From: Methanobacteriota archaeon
Lineage (GTDB): Archaea > JAADCQ01 > Methanopyri > Methanopyrales > Methanopyraceae
Length of the DNA stretch: 64,000 nucleotides
NCBI GenBank assembly: GCA_027064425.1
Contig: JAMOPO010000052.1
Span: forward strand, 32,001 to 96,000
Direction: 5' to 3'
Both the position numbers and the translations under genes were made by a program. Shown piece by piece: positions 20,686 through 29,781 of the stretch. The notes under the pieces are model-generated. The model was not told where the DNA came from, did no database searches, and worked only from the letters and a program-made list of their open reading frames with translations. Position 1 is the first letter of the stretch. Each line of letters begins with the position of its first letter.

Positions 20686-21467
20686 TGAAGGTCTCCGTCC
20701 CCGGCTCCATCACCTGCTTCTTTTACCCGCTCCGCCACCGCGACCCGAGGCGCGCCGGCTCCATCGGGCTCGGCATCGCCGTCGAGGACGTCGTAAAGAT
20801 CCGCGCCCGCGTCCTCCGCTCGGACCGCGTCCGCGTGCGCTCGAACTACCCCATCGGCGACGAGATCGCGAGGGCCTGCGCGGAGACGCTCGGCGTGGGG
20901 CTCAGCGTGCGGTACGAGTTCCGCGTCCCGCCCGGCTGCGGGCTCGGAACCAGCGCCGCCTCCGCCCTGGGCACGCTGCTGGCCGCCAAGCTGGAGCTCG
21001 GCGAGCGACCCGACCCCACGTGGATCGCCCGCCGCGCCCACGAGATCGAGGTTCAGCTCGGCACCGGCCTGGGTGACGTCGCCACCATCTGGCACGGCGG
21101 CTCCGTCCTCCGGCTCCGGACCGGCTACCCGGACCGGGTGAAGACCGTGCGCGTGCCGCTCCGGGAGCGCGTCGTCACCCTGGAGGAGCCCGCCCCGATC
21201 GACACCCGGAAGGAGCTACCGCGGCTGAGCGAGCGCCTCCTCGAGCCCGCGCTGGCCTACGCGCAGCGCCTCGCCAGGAACCCGGACCCGAGCCTCGCGC
21301 TCCACCTCTCCCGCCGCTTCGCTCGGAGGCTCGGCCTGAACCCGCCCCGAGATGGCTCCATCGCCATGCTAAGCCGCACCAGATTTAGGCTGGGAGAGCG
21401 GGACGGGGCCCGCCGCCTGCGGGTCTCATCTCGGCCATTCCCGAAAATGATATCGTCCGTAACCTAG
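20685..21467 (+). CDS. Pantoate kinase (GHMP family)
   Basis: VPGSITCFF, GSIGLG, PPGCGLGTSAA, AHEIEVQLGTGLGDV. Confidence 0.85.
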
Positions 21468-21490
21468 GCTGGTATTACGGGGCGGTCGGT

Positions 21491-21667
21491 ATGTGTGAAT
21501 TCCGGGTGCGCCTGAACGGCGAGACCGTGGCCGAGGACGTGCTGTACCTGGAGGTCAAAGAGGGCGGAGTGCTCCTGCGCGACGTGATGGGAGAGGAGAA
21601 GTTCATCGAGGGCGTTCGGGTCAAGAAAATCGACATGGACGAGCACGTGGTGGAGCTGGAGCGGTAG
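21491..21667 (+). CDS. cooT: CooT-family nickel-binding protein, 58 aa (not in ORF track)
   Basis: Hand translation MCEFRVRLNGETVAEDVLYLEVKEGGVLLRDVMGEEKFIEGVRVKKIDMDEHVVELER; Cys2 and C-terminal His; GGCGGT SD. Confidence 0.82.
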   Translation: MCEFRVRLNGETVAEDVLYLEVKEGGVLLRDVMGEEKFIEGVRVKKIDMDEHVVELER

Positions 21668-21691
21668 TGGGCTCAGGGCTCATAGGGCTCT

Positions 21692-22354
21692 TCATTCGTC
21701 CCCGTCCGTCGGCCTGGAACTCGTCATCGCCCGGATCAGTTCCTCCGCGGTCCGCTCGGGATCCGAGGCCCGAGTGACCGCACGCCCCACGATTTCGAAG
21801 TCGGCCCCGGCCTCGATAGCCGACCCCGGCTCCGCGCCCTGGGCGCCCACGCCCGGGCTGATTATGACCTTGTCGGTCAGCTCCCGGACCTCTCGCACCC
21901 GGGCCGGGTGCGTGGCCGGGGCGACGAACCCCACCACCTCGTCGATGTGGTTGCAAAATCGGACGATCTCCCGGCACACGTCGTCGTAGAACTGCCTCGC
22001 ACCCGGGTGGCTCATCGTCGCCACGACCACCACCGGAGCCTCTCGAGCGCACTCCCGGACGACGTCCCGACCCACGAACCCGTGCACTATCACGGCGTCC
22101 GCGCCGTGGTCGGCTACGGTGGAGACGATGCGCCGTGAGATCTCCGGAATGTCCGCCACCTTCAGGTCCACCAGGAGGAAGGACTCGTCCACCGCCTCCG
22201 CGACCTCTCGGATCCCCTCCGCACCCGCCTCCAGGACGACGTCGTACCCCAGCTTGAACCCGTCCACCCGGCCGTCCAGCCGCTCAGCCAGCTCCACCGC
22301 CCGCCTCAGCCCCACGTCCAGCGCCACGATCAGGTGCGTGCGCGGCTCGAGCAA
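21692..22354 (-). CDS. pyrF: Orotidine-5'-phosphate decarboxylase
   Basis: LIVALD, DLKVADIP, MSHPGA, SPGVGAQG, IVGRAV. Confidence 0.96.
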   Translation of the reverse strand: MLEPRTHLIVALDVGLRRAVELAERLDGRVDGFKLGYDVVLEAGAEGIREVAEAVDESFLLVDLKVADIPEISRRIVSTVADHGADAVIVHGFVGRDVVRECAREAPVVVVATMSHPGARQFYDDVCREIVRFCNHIDEVVGFVAPATHPARVREVRELTDKVIISPGVGAQGAEPGSAIEAGADFEIVGRAVTRASDPERTAEELIRAMTSSRPTDGDE

Positions 22355-22832
22355 GCAGCCGCACCCCCACGAGCTCCCCGAGATGGTACCCTAAGTCGAA
22401 GGCCAGGGCGGCCACCGTCACGGCCGCGGTTAGGGCCCCGACCGCCCAGCCGAGCACGACGCCCACCTTTAGGACCGGACGGAGCCCCAGCGGGTCCCGT
22501 GGATGGACCAACTCGTCGACGGCCGCGAGCAGCGCAACGACCAGGAGCGCGGTCACGTCGAGGTCCGGCGCCAGGAGCAGCGTCCCGGCGGCGACCGTGA
22601 CCGCGGCCAGCCCGTGACAGGGCTCGTCGATCTTGCCGACCACCCCGTTCCCCAGGATCAGGCCCAGGTAAAACTCGGGCCTGACTCCCGCTGGGACGGA
22701 GGCGATAGCGGTCGAGGCCGCGAGCGCCCCCGGGACCATCGAGGCGCGGCGCCTCCCGACCCGATCCACCAGGTCGTCAGCCAGCTTGAGCGCCAGCCCG
22801 GAGACCGCGGACAGGAGCGCCCCAATCAGCAT
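22284..22832 (-). CDS. Hypothetical membrane protein
   Basis: Several hydrophobic helices; KLADD, GKID and AAVDE polar motifs; overlaps pyrF start. Confidence 0.7.
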   Translation of the reverse strand: MLIGALLSAVSGLALKLADDLVDRVGRRRASMVPGALAASTAIASVPAGVRPEFYLGLILGNGVVGKIDEPCHGLAAVTVAAGTLLLAPDLDVTALLVVALLAAVDELVHPRDPLGLRPVLKVGVVLGWAVGALTAAVTVAALAFDLGYHLGELVGVRLLARAAHAPDRGAGRGAEAGGGAG

Positions 22833-23725
22833 TCGCCGATCCCCAGCCGCTGCAGGACTCCGGTCACGAGGAGCGGGAACAGGACGGTGTAGTCCCCGAT
22901 GACGGTGGCGACCTCCGCCTCCTCGCGCACCTTGTCCCAGGACTTACCCTCCTCGAGCGGGGCCCCGCTGAGGCTTCCGGTCTCTGGCCGGTCCATGGTG
23001 ATCTGGACCGCGTAGTCGAGCCCGCCCCGGAGCATGGCCGCGCCCATCGCGAAGTGCTTGGGGACGCTCCCCCCAAGCATGATCGCGCCCAGCTCCTCCG
23101 CCTCGAACACCAGGTCGGACAGGTGGTGCATGTCGTCCACCAGGTCCAGGTGCAGGTCGTGGTCCTGGGAGTACAGCCACACGTGCAGCCCGACCATCGA
23201 GTCCAGGATGCCCGGGGAGTAGACCGGGACGCCCTCGTCGGCGGCGGCCCTCAAGAACCCGTCATCGAGCCGCCTCCCCATCTCCCAGAGCAGCTCCCGC
23301 CCCGAGACGCGCTCGGGCAGGTCCTCCAGCACCTCGTGCATGAACCGCTCGAAGCGCTCGAACGCCTCCATCGGCACGTGAACGTCGTAGATGCGACCGT
23401 ACCCGTCGACGTTCCTTCTCCCCTTGACAACGTGAACGCCGCCGAGGGACTCCAGCACGTCGTGCACAACGTTCGCTCCGGAGGTGATGATCGCGTCCAC
23501 CAGCCCCTCCCGGATGAGCAGGGCGAACAGGTCCCGGAGCCCGCCCGCGACGGCCGGGCCGGCGACCGTCAGGAGGACGGTCGCATCCGAGCTCCACATC
23601 TCCTCCAGCACCTCGGCGGCGCGCGCCAGCCGGCCCGCCCCGAACGCCCCCACCCTCTCCATCTGCCGCAGGAACTCGTTCACGTCCATGTCCGGATCGT
23701 ACCGGAAGGGCCGGCGCTCGCTCAT
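22826..23725 (-). CDS. dys: Deoxyhypusine synthase
   Basis: ITSGANVVHD, PGILDSMVG, LGGSVPKH, YAVQIT..GSLSGAPLEEGKSWDK; ATG 23725. Confidence 0.93.
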   Translation of the reverse strand: MSERRPFRYDPDMDVNEFLRQMERVGAFGAGRLARAAEVLEEMWSSDATVLLTVAGPAVAGGLRDLFALLIREGLVDAIITSGANVVHDVLESLGGVHVVKGRRNVDGYGRIYDVHVPMEAFERFERFMHEVLEDLPERVSGRELLWEMGRRLDDGFLRAAADEGVPVYSPGILDSMVGLHVWLYSQDHDLHLDLVDDMHHLSDLVFEAEELGAIMLGGSVPKHFAMGAAMLRGGLDYAVQITMDRPETGSLSGAPLEEGKSWDKVREEAEVATVIGDYTVLFPLLVTGVLQRLGIGEC

Positions 23726-24495
23726 CCCTCGAGGATCCCCTTGAGGTACTCCCCGATCAGCCGGCAGGCCACGACCGGGGTCACGTGGTCCTCCACCGTC
23801 GGGCACAGCTCCACCACGTCCAGGTGCGCGCCGGCGCGGCCCGCCGCCCGCACGATCCGGGCCACCTCCTCGAACCCCAGCCCACCGGGCTCCGGGGTGG
23901 TCACGCCGGGCGCCAGGGAGGGGTCCAGCACGTCCAGATCCAGCGACACGTAGTCGACGCGGTCCACCACCTCCAGGGCCTCCTCCGGCCGGAGAAGGTG
24001 CAGCCGGTCTGAGCGCTCGAACTCCTCGCGCTCCCGTCGCGACCAGGTCCGGACGCCCACCAGGTACGCCTCCCTGGCGTGATCCAGGCAGGAGCGCAGG
24101 GCTCCGTCATGCCGGTCCGAGGGGAGCAGGTCCGGGTGGGCGTCCAGCCACAGGATGCGACGCGGGCGCAGCCTGGAAGCGACCTCCGGGGCGACGGTGT
24201 GGTCGCCACCCAGGATGAGGAAGGCGTCGGGCCGGGTCTTGGGCTCGAAGGTCTCGGCGTTCCCCTCGTCCACCAGCTCGAGCTCCTCCAGGGGATCCCC
24301 CAGCCCGGGCTCGAAAAAGTCCAGCCCGCGCGCCGTCCTTCGGACCGTGTCGGGGGACCTGGCCTGGCCGCGCGGGTACTCCGGGAGCACGCGCTCCAGC
24401 GGTAGGCCAAGAATGGTTACGTCGGGGGAGCGCACCTCTTCGGGGGGGAACGAGAGGGGGAACCGGGGCCTACTCCTCCTCCTTGATGTCGACAA
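23722..24495 (-). CDS. speB: Agmatinase/arginase-family ureohydrolase
   Basis: [40 protein letters not shown]; start uncertain (TTG 24495 or GTG 24435). Confidence 0.88.
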   Translation of the reverse strand: MSTSRRRSRPRFPLSFPPEEVRSPDVTILGLPLERVLPEYPRGQARSPDTVRRTARGLDFFEPGLGDPLEELELVDEGNAETFEPKTRPDAFLILGGDHTVAPEVASRLRPRRILWLDAHPDLLPSDRHDGALRSCLDHAREAYLVGVRTWSRREREEFERSDRLHLLRPEEALEVVDRVDYVSLDLDVLDPSLAPGVTTPEPGGLGFEEVARIVRAAGRAGAHLDVVELCPTVEDHVTPVVACRLIGEYLKGILEG

Positions 24496-24874
24496 TCTTG
24501 CGCTTACCCGCTGCCTCCATGTACTCCACCGTCACACCCTCCTCCAGCTGCGAGGCCAGCTCCTCGTCGTCCGGCTTCGGCACCTCGAACGTCTCGTAGG
24601 TCTCCGTGTCCATCAGCTGCACCGTGTCGTCCATGACCGAGATCACCTGCGCGGTCTTGCGCTCGACCACCGGCACCTCTACCTTGGCGTCCACCGGCTT
24701 GGTCAGCGTCCGCTTCTTGCCGTCGAAGAGTCCCACCGCGACGATCCTGGCCTTCGCCGACCCGTGCTTGCCCGGCGAGGACGTCGTGTACTCCACGATC
24801 TTGCAGGGCTCGTCGTCGATCATGATGTACTTGCCCTTCTTCAGCTGGCGGACTTCTACCTTCTTGACCGACAT
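24470..24874 (-). CDS. eif5a: Translation factor aIF5A
   Basis: [12 protein letters not shown] hypusination motif. Confidence 0.97.
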   Translation of the reverse strand: MSVKKVEVRQLKKGKYIMIDDEPCKIVEYTTSSPGKHGSAKARIVAVGLFDGKKRTLTKPVDAKVEVPVVERKTAQVISVMDDTVQLMDTETYETFEVPKPDDEELASQLEEGVTVEYMEAAGKRKIVDIKEEE

Positions 24875-24943
24875 TCGATAACCCCCCTAGGGGGGCGGTC
24901 CCCCTGGTCGTCGCCTAATAAGCTTAGCCTTGGGGGGACCGGG

Positions 24944-25429
24944 ATGGGATCGACCGCCCGGTACGCCCTGGTGACCGGGTCCGGCAGGGCGGGCACCTCC
25001 CTGGCCGCGTTCGACGCCGCGCTGCTTGACGCGGGCATCGGGGACTGGAACCTGGTGGAGCTCTCCAGCATCCTCCCCCCGGGCGCCGAGGAGTCCGAGC
25101 TGCCGCCTCTACCCCCGGGAACGATCGTCCCCGCGGTCGTGGCCCGGGCGGTGGGCCGGGGCCCGGTGGCCAGCTGCGTGTGCGTGGCCAAGCTCGAGTC
25201 GGGCTTCGGGGTCATCGCCGAGCGGGCCGGCGAGTCGGACCCGGAGACGGTGGAGGAGAAGGCCCGCAGGGACGTGGAGGAGATGGCGAGGGCGCGCGAC
25301 GAGGAGATCGTCGAGGTCAAGACCGCGACCGCCTTCAACGAGCCGGAGGGGGACGAGTGGGCGGCGGCCGTGTCGGCGGTCGTCCTGTGGGGGAGGCTCC
25401 CGCTTGGAGTCCGTGAAGGAGGAGATTAA
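24944..25429 (+). CDS. pdaD: Pyruvoyl-dependent arginine decarboxylase
   Basis: AFDAALLDAGIGDWNLVELSSILPP with Ser-Ser self-cleavage site; ATG 24944. Confidence 0.92.
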   Translation: MGSTARYALVTGSGRAGTSLAAFDAALLDAGIGDWNLVELSSILPPGAEESELPPLPPGTIVPAVVARAVGRGPVASCVCVAKLESGFGVIAERAGESDPETVEEKARRDVEEMARARDEEIVEVKTATAFNEPEGDEWAAAVSAVVLWGRLPLGVREGGD

Positions 25430-26429
25430 ACGGATCGTGACCGATCGCGTCCTGCCCCGCGTGTCCCGGGTCGAGAGAGGGTGGGAGGAGGTCGGCCGCG
25501 GCGCCGACGGCACGCCGACGATGCGGGTCGACGAGGTCGCGGAGCGGGAGTTCCTGAAGGGACTCGAGGAGCGCGGCCTGGAGGCCAGGGTGATCAGCGA
25601 GGAGGCGGGCGAGGTGATCGTCGGGGAGTCGCCGGAGGTTACCCTGGTCCTGGACCCGCTGGACGGGTCCCACAACGCATCGAAGGGACTGCCGTTTTAC
25701 TGCGTCTCCGTCGGCTTGGCGGACCCGGAGGCCGACTCGCTCTCGGACGTGGAGGACGGGCTCGTGGTCTCGGAGCTGATGACGTTCGAGTCGACGGAGC
25801 CGGTGGAGGAGCGACCGGTCGTTGAGCGACCGGTCGTCGCGGCGTATTACTACGGGACCGACCGCCTGCCCACCGGGCTCCAACGCGAGTTCAAGCTGCG
25901 GTGCCTGGGCTCGGTGGCGCTGGAGCTGGCGATGACCTGCCAGGGGATCCTGGACGGGTTCGTGGACGTCCGCGGGAGCCTCAGGCCGACGGACGTGGCG
26001 GGAGCCTTCGGGCTCGGTCGTGACAGCGCCGCCTTCCTGTTCTTCAGGGAAGGGAGGGAGCTCGGCCCGGAGGACATCCCACTGCGGCCGGACTTCCGCT
26101 TCGAGCTGGCGGCCGCCCGGGACGAGGGCACGGCGAAGAGGCTCTACGACGGGCTGCGGGAGGACGTCGGGATTCGGCACGTCCAGGAGCTGTTCGGGAA
26201 GCACCCGGAGGGACTCACGCGCCACGAGCTCTGCGGCAAGCTGGGAGAGGAGTGCTGCGAACTGGCGCACGCGGTGGGCAAGGGAGAGGGGTACGAGGAG
26301 GAGCTGGCCGACGTGCTCGCCCTGGTGATGAACCTCGCGAACGAGCTCGAGGTGGACGTCCTAGACGCGCTCAAGCGCAAGTTCCGGCGGGTGTTCGAAT
26401 GCCGCGGGCGCCGAGGACGGTCGGGATAA
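25404..26429 (+). CDS. Inositol monophosphatase/NADP phosphatase-like domain fused to MazG-like NTP pyrophosphatase
   Basis: GADGTPTMRVD, ISEE, LDPLDGSHN, RCLGSVALE, DVRGSLRPTDVAG; C-terminal GEECCEL..EEELADV; TTG 25404. Confidence 0.85.
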   Translation: MESVKEEIKRIVTDRVLPRVSRVERGWEEVGRGADGTPTMRVDEVAEREFLKGLEERGLEARVISEEAGEVIVGESPEVTLVLDPLDGSHNASKGLPFYCVSVGLADPEADSLSDVEDGLVVSELMTFESTEPVEERPVVERPVVAAYYYGTDRLPTGLQREFKLRCLGSVALELAMTCQGILDGFVDVRGSLRPTDVAGAFGLGRDSAAFLFFREGRELGPEDIPLRPDFRFELAAARDEGTAKRLYDGLREDVGIRHVQELFGKHPEGLTRHELCGKLGEECCELAHAVGKGEGYEEELADVLALVMNLANELEVDVLDALKRKFRRVFECRGRRGRSG

Positions 26430-27226
26430 CCGGGCGCACGGACGTGGACGAGGCCACCGAGGTCGCGCGCGAGGTCTGCCGGCTGTGCCGCGATTACGGG
26501 CTCGAGGTCGTCGTGGACGAGTCGCTGGGGATCGAGGGCGTGGAAACGGCGGACGTCCGCTCGCTGGGCGAGACCTCGGACGTGATCATCACCATCGGCG
26601 GCGACGGCACCATCCTCCGCGTCTCTCGCCTCACGTCCGAGCACGAGGTGCCCATCTTGGGGGTCAACCTGGGAAAGTTCGGGTTCCTCACCGAGGTCGG
26701 CAAGGATGAGATCCGGGACGCGGTCCGGAGGCTGGCGGAGGGGGAGTTCGAGGTCGAGGAGCGCAGCAAGCTGCTCGTTGAGGTCGGCGGGGAGGAGCGC
26801 GGAGACGTGCTCAACGAGGTGACCGTGATCACCAGCCGCCCCGCGAAGATGATCCAGTACGGCCTGCTGATCGACGGGTTCGAGGTCGAGCGGGCCTGGG
26901 CCGACGGGGTCCTGATCTCCACCCCCACGGGCTCGACGGCCTACTCCCTGTCCGCCGGTGGCCCGATCGTCGAGCCGGAGGTGGAGTGCACGATCATCAC
27001 GCCGCTCAACCCGTTCAAGCTCGAGGCACGACCGATGGTCGTCTCGATGGATCGCCGGATCGAGGTCGAGGTGCACGACCCGGACCGCGCCGAGGTCGTG
27101 CTCGACGGGCAGAAGTACCTCAAGTTCGACGAGCCCGTGATCGTCAGGCGCTCCCCGAGGAAGGCCCTGTTCGTGCGGTTCGACTCCTCGTACTTCGAGC
27201 GGCTGAGGGAGAAGTTCTTAGGGTAG
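26399..27226 (+). CDS. ppnK: NAD kinase
   Basis: IGGDGTIL, GVNLGKFGFL, LNE, DGVLISTPTGSTAYSLSAGGP; ATG 26399. Confidence 0.95.
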   Translation: MPRAPRTVGITGRTDVDEATEVAREVCRLCRDYGLEVVVDESLGIEGVETADVRSLGETSDVIITIGGDGTILRVSRLTSEHEVPILGVNLGKFGFLTEVGKDEIRDAVRRLAEGEFEVEERSKLLVEVGGEERGDVLNEVTVITSRPAKMIQYGLLIDGFEVERAWADGVLISTPTGSTAYSLSAGGPIVEPEVECTIITPLNPFKLEARPMVVSMDRRIEVEVHDPDRAEVVLDGQKYLKFDEPVIVRRSPRKALFVRFDSSYFERLREKFLG

Positions 27227-27328
27227 GCGGGTGGCCCCGCGTGCGCCGGCTGGCCCGACGGGCCGCCCGAGCGGCCCTCCGAGCCCTGGTGTGCGGACGG
27301 ATCACGCCGGCGCTCTCGCGGGTGTCCT

Positions 27329-27604
27329 TCATCCTCTGGAGGACCCTCTACCGCGAGGGTCGCAGAGCGAAGACACCACCCTGAGCGCCCGGACGGCCAA
27401 CCGCACGTCCTCCTCGCGCACCGTTTTACGGCCCGCGTGCCGCGCGGCGATCACCGACAGCTCCGCCAGGACCCGCCCGAGCTCGTCGATCAGTCGGTAG
27501 TACTCCTCCTTCGCCTCCATCCGGACGCCCACCACGTCCCCCGCCGAGCGGGCGGACTCCCGCAGAATCCGCTCCAGCACGTTGGTCGGTAAGTCCACGT
27601 CCAT
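27329..27604 (-). CDS. Histone-fold protein
   Basis: LPTNVLERILR..ARHAGRKTVREEDVRLA; GGAGGTG SD before ATG 27604. Confidence 0.8.
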   Translation of the reverse strand: MDVDLPTNVLERILRESARSAGDVVGVRMEAKEEYYRLIDELGRVLAELSVIAARHAGRKTVREEDVRLAVRALRVVSSLCDPRGRGSSRG

Positions 27605-27629
27605 GCCCACCACCTCCGGGGTGCCCGGG

Positions 27630-28019
27630 TTGCGGGCCTACGTCCTAGACACCTCCGCCTTCATCAAGGGTGCCGTCCCGCACCGAGGGCGGCTCTACAC
27701 CGTGCCCGAAGTCGTCGACGAGCTGCGCGACCCGCTCTCCCGAGCCCGGTACGAGTCCTCCGACGTCCGGGTCCGCGAGCCCGCCGAGTGGGCCGTCAAC
27801 CGAGCCCGGAGACGCGCCCAAGTCACCGGCGACGCGGACCGCCTGTCCACCACGGACCTAAAGGTCGTTGCGCTGGCCGTCGAGCTGCACTCCGAGGGGA
27901 AGAAAGTAACCGTGGTCAGCTCCGACTACGCGGTACAGAACGTCGCGAAGTCCCTGGGAATCGACGTCTTCGGCCCCGTGCACGGCGAGATAAGGGAGGT
28001 GAGGGGTCCAAGCCGATGA
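27630..28019 (+). CDS. NOB1-like PIN-domain nuclease
   Basis: YVLDTSAFI, VVDEL, LSTTDLKVVALA, SSDYAVQNVA; TTG 27630 after GGGGTG. Confidence 0.88.
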   Translation: MRAYVLDTSAFIKGAVPHRGRLYTVPEVVDELRDPLSRARYESSDVRVREPAEWAVNRARRRAQVTGDADRLSTTDLKVVALAVELHSEGKKVTVVSSDYAVQNVAKSLGIDVFGPVHGEIREVRGPSR

Positions 28020-28873
28020 GCACCGTCGGCATCACCACCACCGTCACCGTGGCCGGCCTCACCGGGGTCAAGCGGGTCACCGCCCGCGTGGACACCGGCG
28101 CCCGCTACGACTCGCTGGACTACGCCCTCGCCTCCAAGATCGGCGCCGGCCCCATCGTCGACGTCAAGAAGGTCCGCTCCGCCACCGCCTCCCGACTCAA
28201 GGCCGAGCGCCGCCCCGTCGTCCCCATAACCGTCCGACTGGGCGACAAGGTCGTGCACACCCACGCCACCCTCGCAGACCGCCGCAAGATGAGGTACCCC
28301 CTGATCATCGGGCGGGAGACCCTCCGCCGAGCCGGCGTCCTCATCGATCCGAGCCTCGAGTCGGACGGGAAGGACGAGGAGAAGGAGACCGGGCGGCAGG
28401 CGGCCAGCATGCTCAAGCTGCACGCCAAGCTGCGCCGCGTGGTGCCGGAGGAGCGCGCCATCACCCCCGCCATCCTGGCCCTTCAGCACGGTGGGGCCTG
28501 GTCTTACCGGGACGAGGACGTCTCCTCCGTGGCCGTTCCCGTCCGAGAGGAGGAAGACGGGGCCATTCTCGAGCGGCTGTACCTGCTGGTTAACCCTCGG
28601 GTCGAGCGCTCCGAGGACCGCATCATCCGGCTGGAGAAGTGCGGAGAGAAGGAGCTCCGCAGGGTGGCCGAGCGCCCGCGGGTCCTCGAAGTCAGCCACG
28701 AGGGAGGGGCCACGATCCTCGTCGACCCCCGCCGCCGCGTCGTCGAGGTCTCCCGGCTCGAGCCCGGCAAAATCACCTTCCGGGGGACCGCCGCGGCCAA
28801 CGTCCACCACGAGCTCTCCCACCTAACCGAGGAGGAGTCCGGCCCCACCATCCTGGACTTCGAGGTGGAGTAG
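28016..28873 (+). CDS. Retropepsin-like (RimK-associated) protease domain fused to peptide-deformylase-like domain
   Basis: RVDTGA..SLD, LIIGRETL; then LVNP, EKC, HELSH; ATG 28016. Confidence 0.72.
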   Translation: MSTVGITTTVTVAGLTGVKRVTARVDTGARYDSLDYALASKIGAGPIVDVKKVRSATASRLKAERRPVVPITVRLGDKVVHTHATLADRRKMRYPLIIGRETLRRAGVLIDPSLESDGKDEEKETGRQAASMLKLHAKLRRVVPEERAITPAILALQHGGAWSYRDEDVSSVAVPVREEEDGAILERLYLLVNPRVERSEDRIIRLEKCGEKELRRVAERPRVLEVSHEGGATILVDPRRRVVEVSRLEPGKITFRGTAAANVHHELSHLTEEESGPTILDFEVE

Positions 28874-28884
28874 GGTGACCGGCG

Positions 28885-29781
28885 ATGCCCGAGGTGCTCC
28901 GAGTCGCCACCCGGTCCAGCCGGCTGGCGCTCATTCAAACCCGAGAGTTCCTGGAGCACCTCCGCCACGAGCTGCCCCGTGACGTCGAGTTCAAGCTGGT
29001 AAAGGCCCGGTCGAAGGGCGACAGGGTCCGGGATCGCCCACTGCACCGGCTGGGAGAGAAGGGCGTCTTCGTCAAGGCGATCGACCGGCTGGTGCTCAAG
29101 GGCAAGGCGGACTTCGCCGTGCACAGCGCCAAGGACATGCCCTCCGATCCCGGCTACCCCGTCGAGTTCGCGGCCGTGCCGCCCCGTCGGGACCCCCGAG
29201 AGTGCCTCGTCTCGCGCACCGGGGCTCGCCTCAAGGAGCTCCCGAGCGGGTCCACCGTCGGTACCAGCAGCCCGCGCCGCCGCGCCCAAATCCTCCTCGA
29301 GCGTCCGGACCTGGAGGTTAAGCCCCTCCGCGGGAACGTGGACACCAGGGTCAGGAAGGTGAAGAACGGCGAGGTCGACGCGACGGTCCTGGCCAAGGCG
29401 GGGCTCGAGCGCCTCGGGATGGAGTCGCACATCTCGGAGGTGTTTGAGCCGGAGGAGTTCGTCCCACCCGCCGGCCAAGGGGCGCTGCTGGTCACCTGCC
29501 GCCGGGGCGACGACCGCGTCAAGCGGCTGCTGGAGCACGGGGACGACCCGCGGAGCCGAGTTGAGGTGGAGGTGGAGAAGGAGGTGGTGCGACGACTCGG
29601 CGCGGGGTGCGCCGAACCCGTCGGGGTGCACGCCCGCGCGCGGGGCTCCCGGGTTCACGTGATCCTGAAGCTGCTGGACGAGGACGGGGCTCAGGCCAAG
29701 CTGGTCCAAGGCAGGGGAGATCCGGAGGAGGTCGTGGAGGAGGTCGTCTCTCGGGCTCGGGGCGTAGGGTCAGTTGAGTGA
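28885..29781 (+). CDS. hemC: Porphobilinogen deaminase
   Basis: ATRSSRLALIQ, AVHSAKDMP, GTSSPRR, LRGNVDTR, LGAGC. Confidence 0.96.
   Translation: MPEVLRVATRSSRLALIQTREFLEHLRHELPRDVEFKLVKARSKGDRVRDRPLHRLGEKGVFVKAIDRLVLKGKADFAVHSAKDMPSDPGYPVEFAAVPPRRDPRECLVSRTGARLKELPSGSTVGTSSPRRRAQILLERPDLEVKPLRGNVDTRVRKVKNGEVDATVLAKAGLERLGMESHISEVFEPEEFVPPAGQGALLVTCRRGDDRVKRLLEHGDDPRSRVEVEVEKEVVRRLGAGCAEPVGVHARARGSRVHVILKLLDEDGAQAKLVQGRGDPEEVVEEVVSRARGVGSVE

Noticed and set aside
27241-27384. 47-aa Arg-rich ORF after ppnK (VRRLARRAARAALRALVCG..)
   Set aside because: Has a plausible SD but no recognisable motif and overlaps the histone-fold gene end; unsupported without expression data
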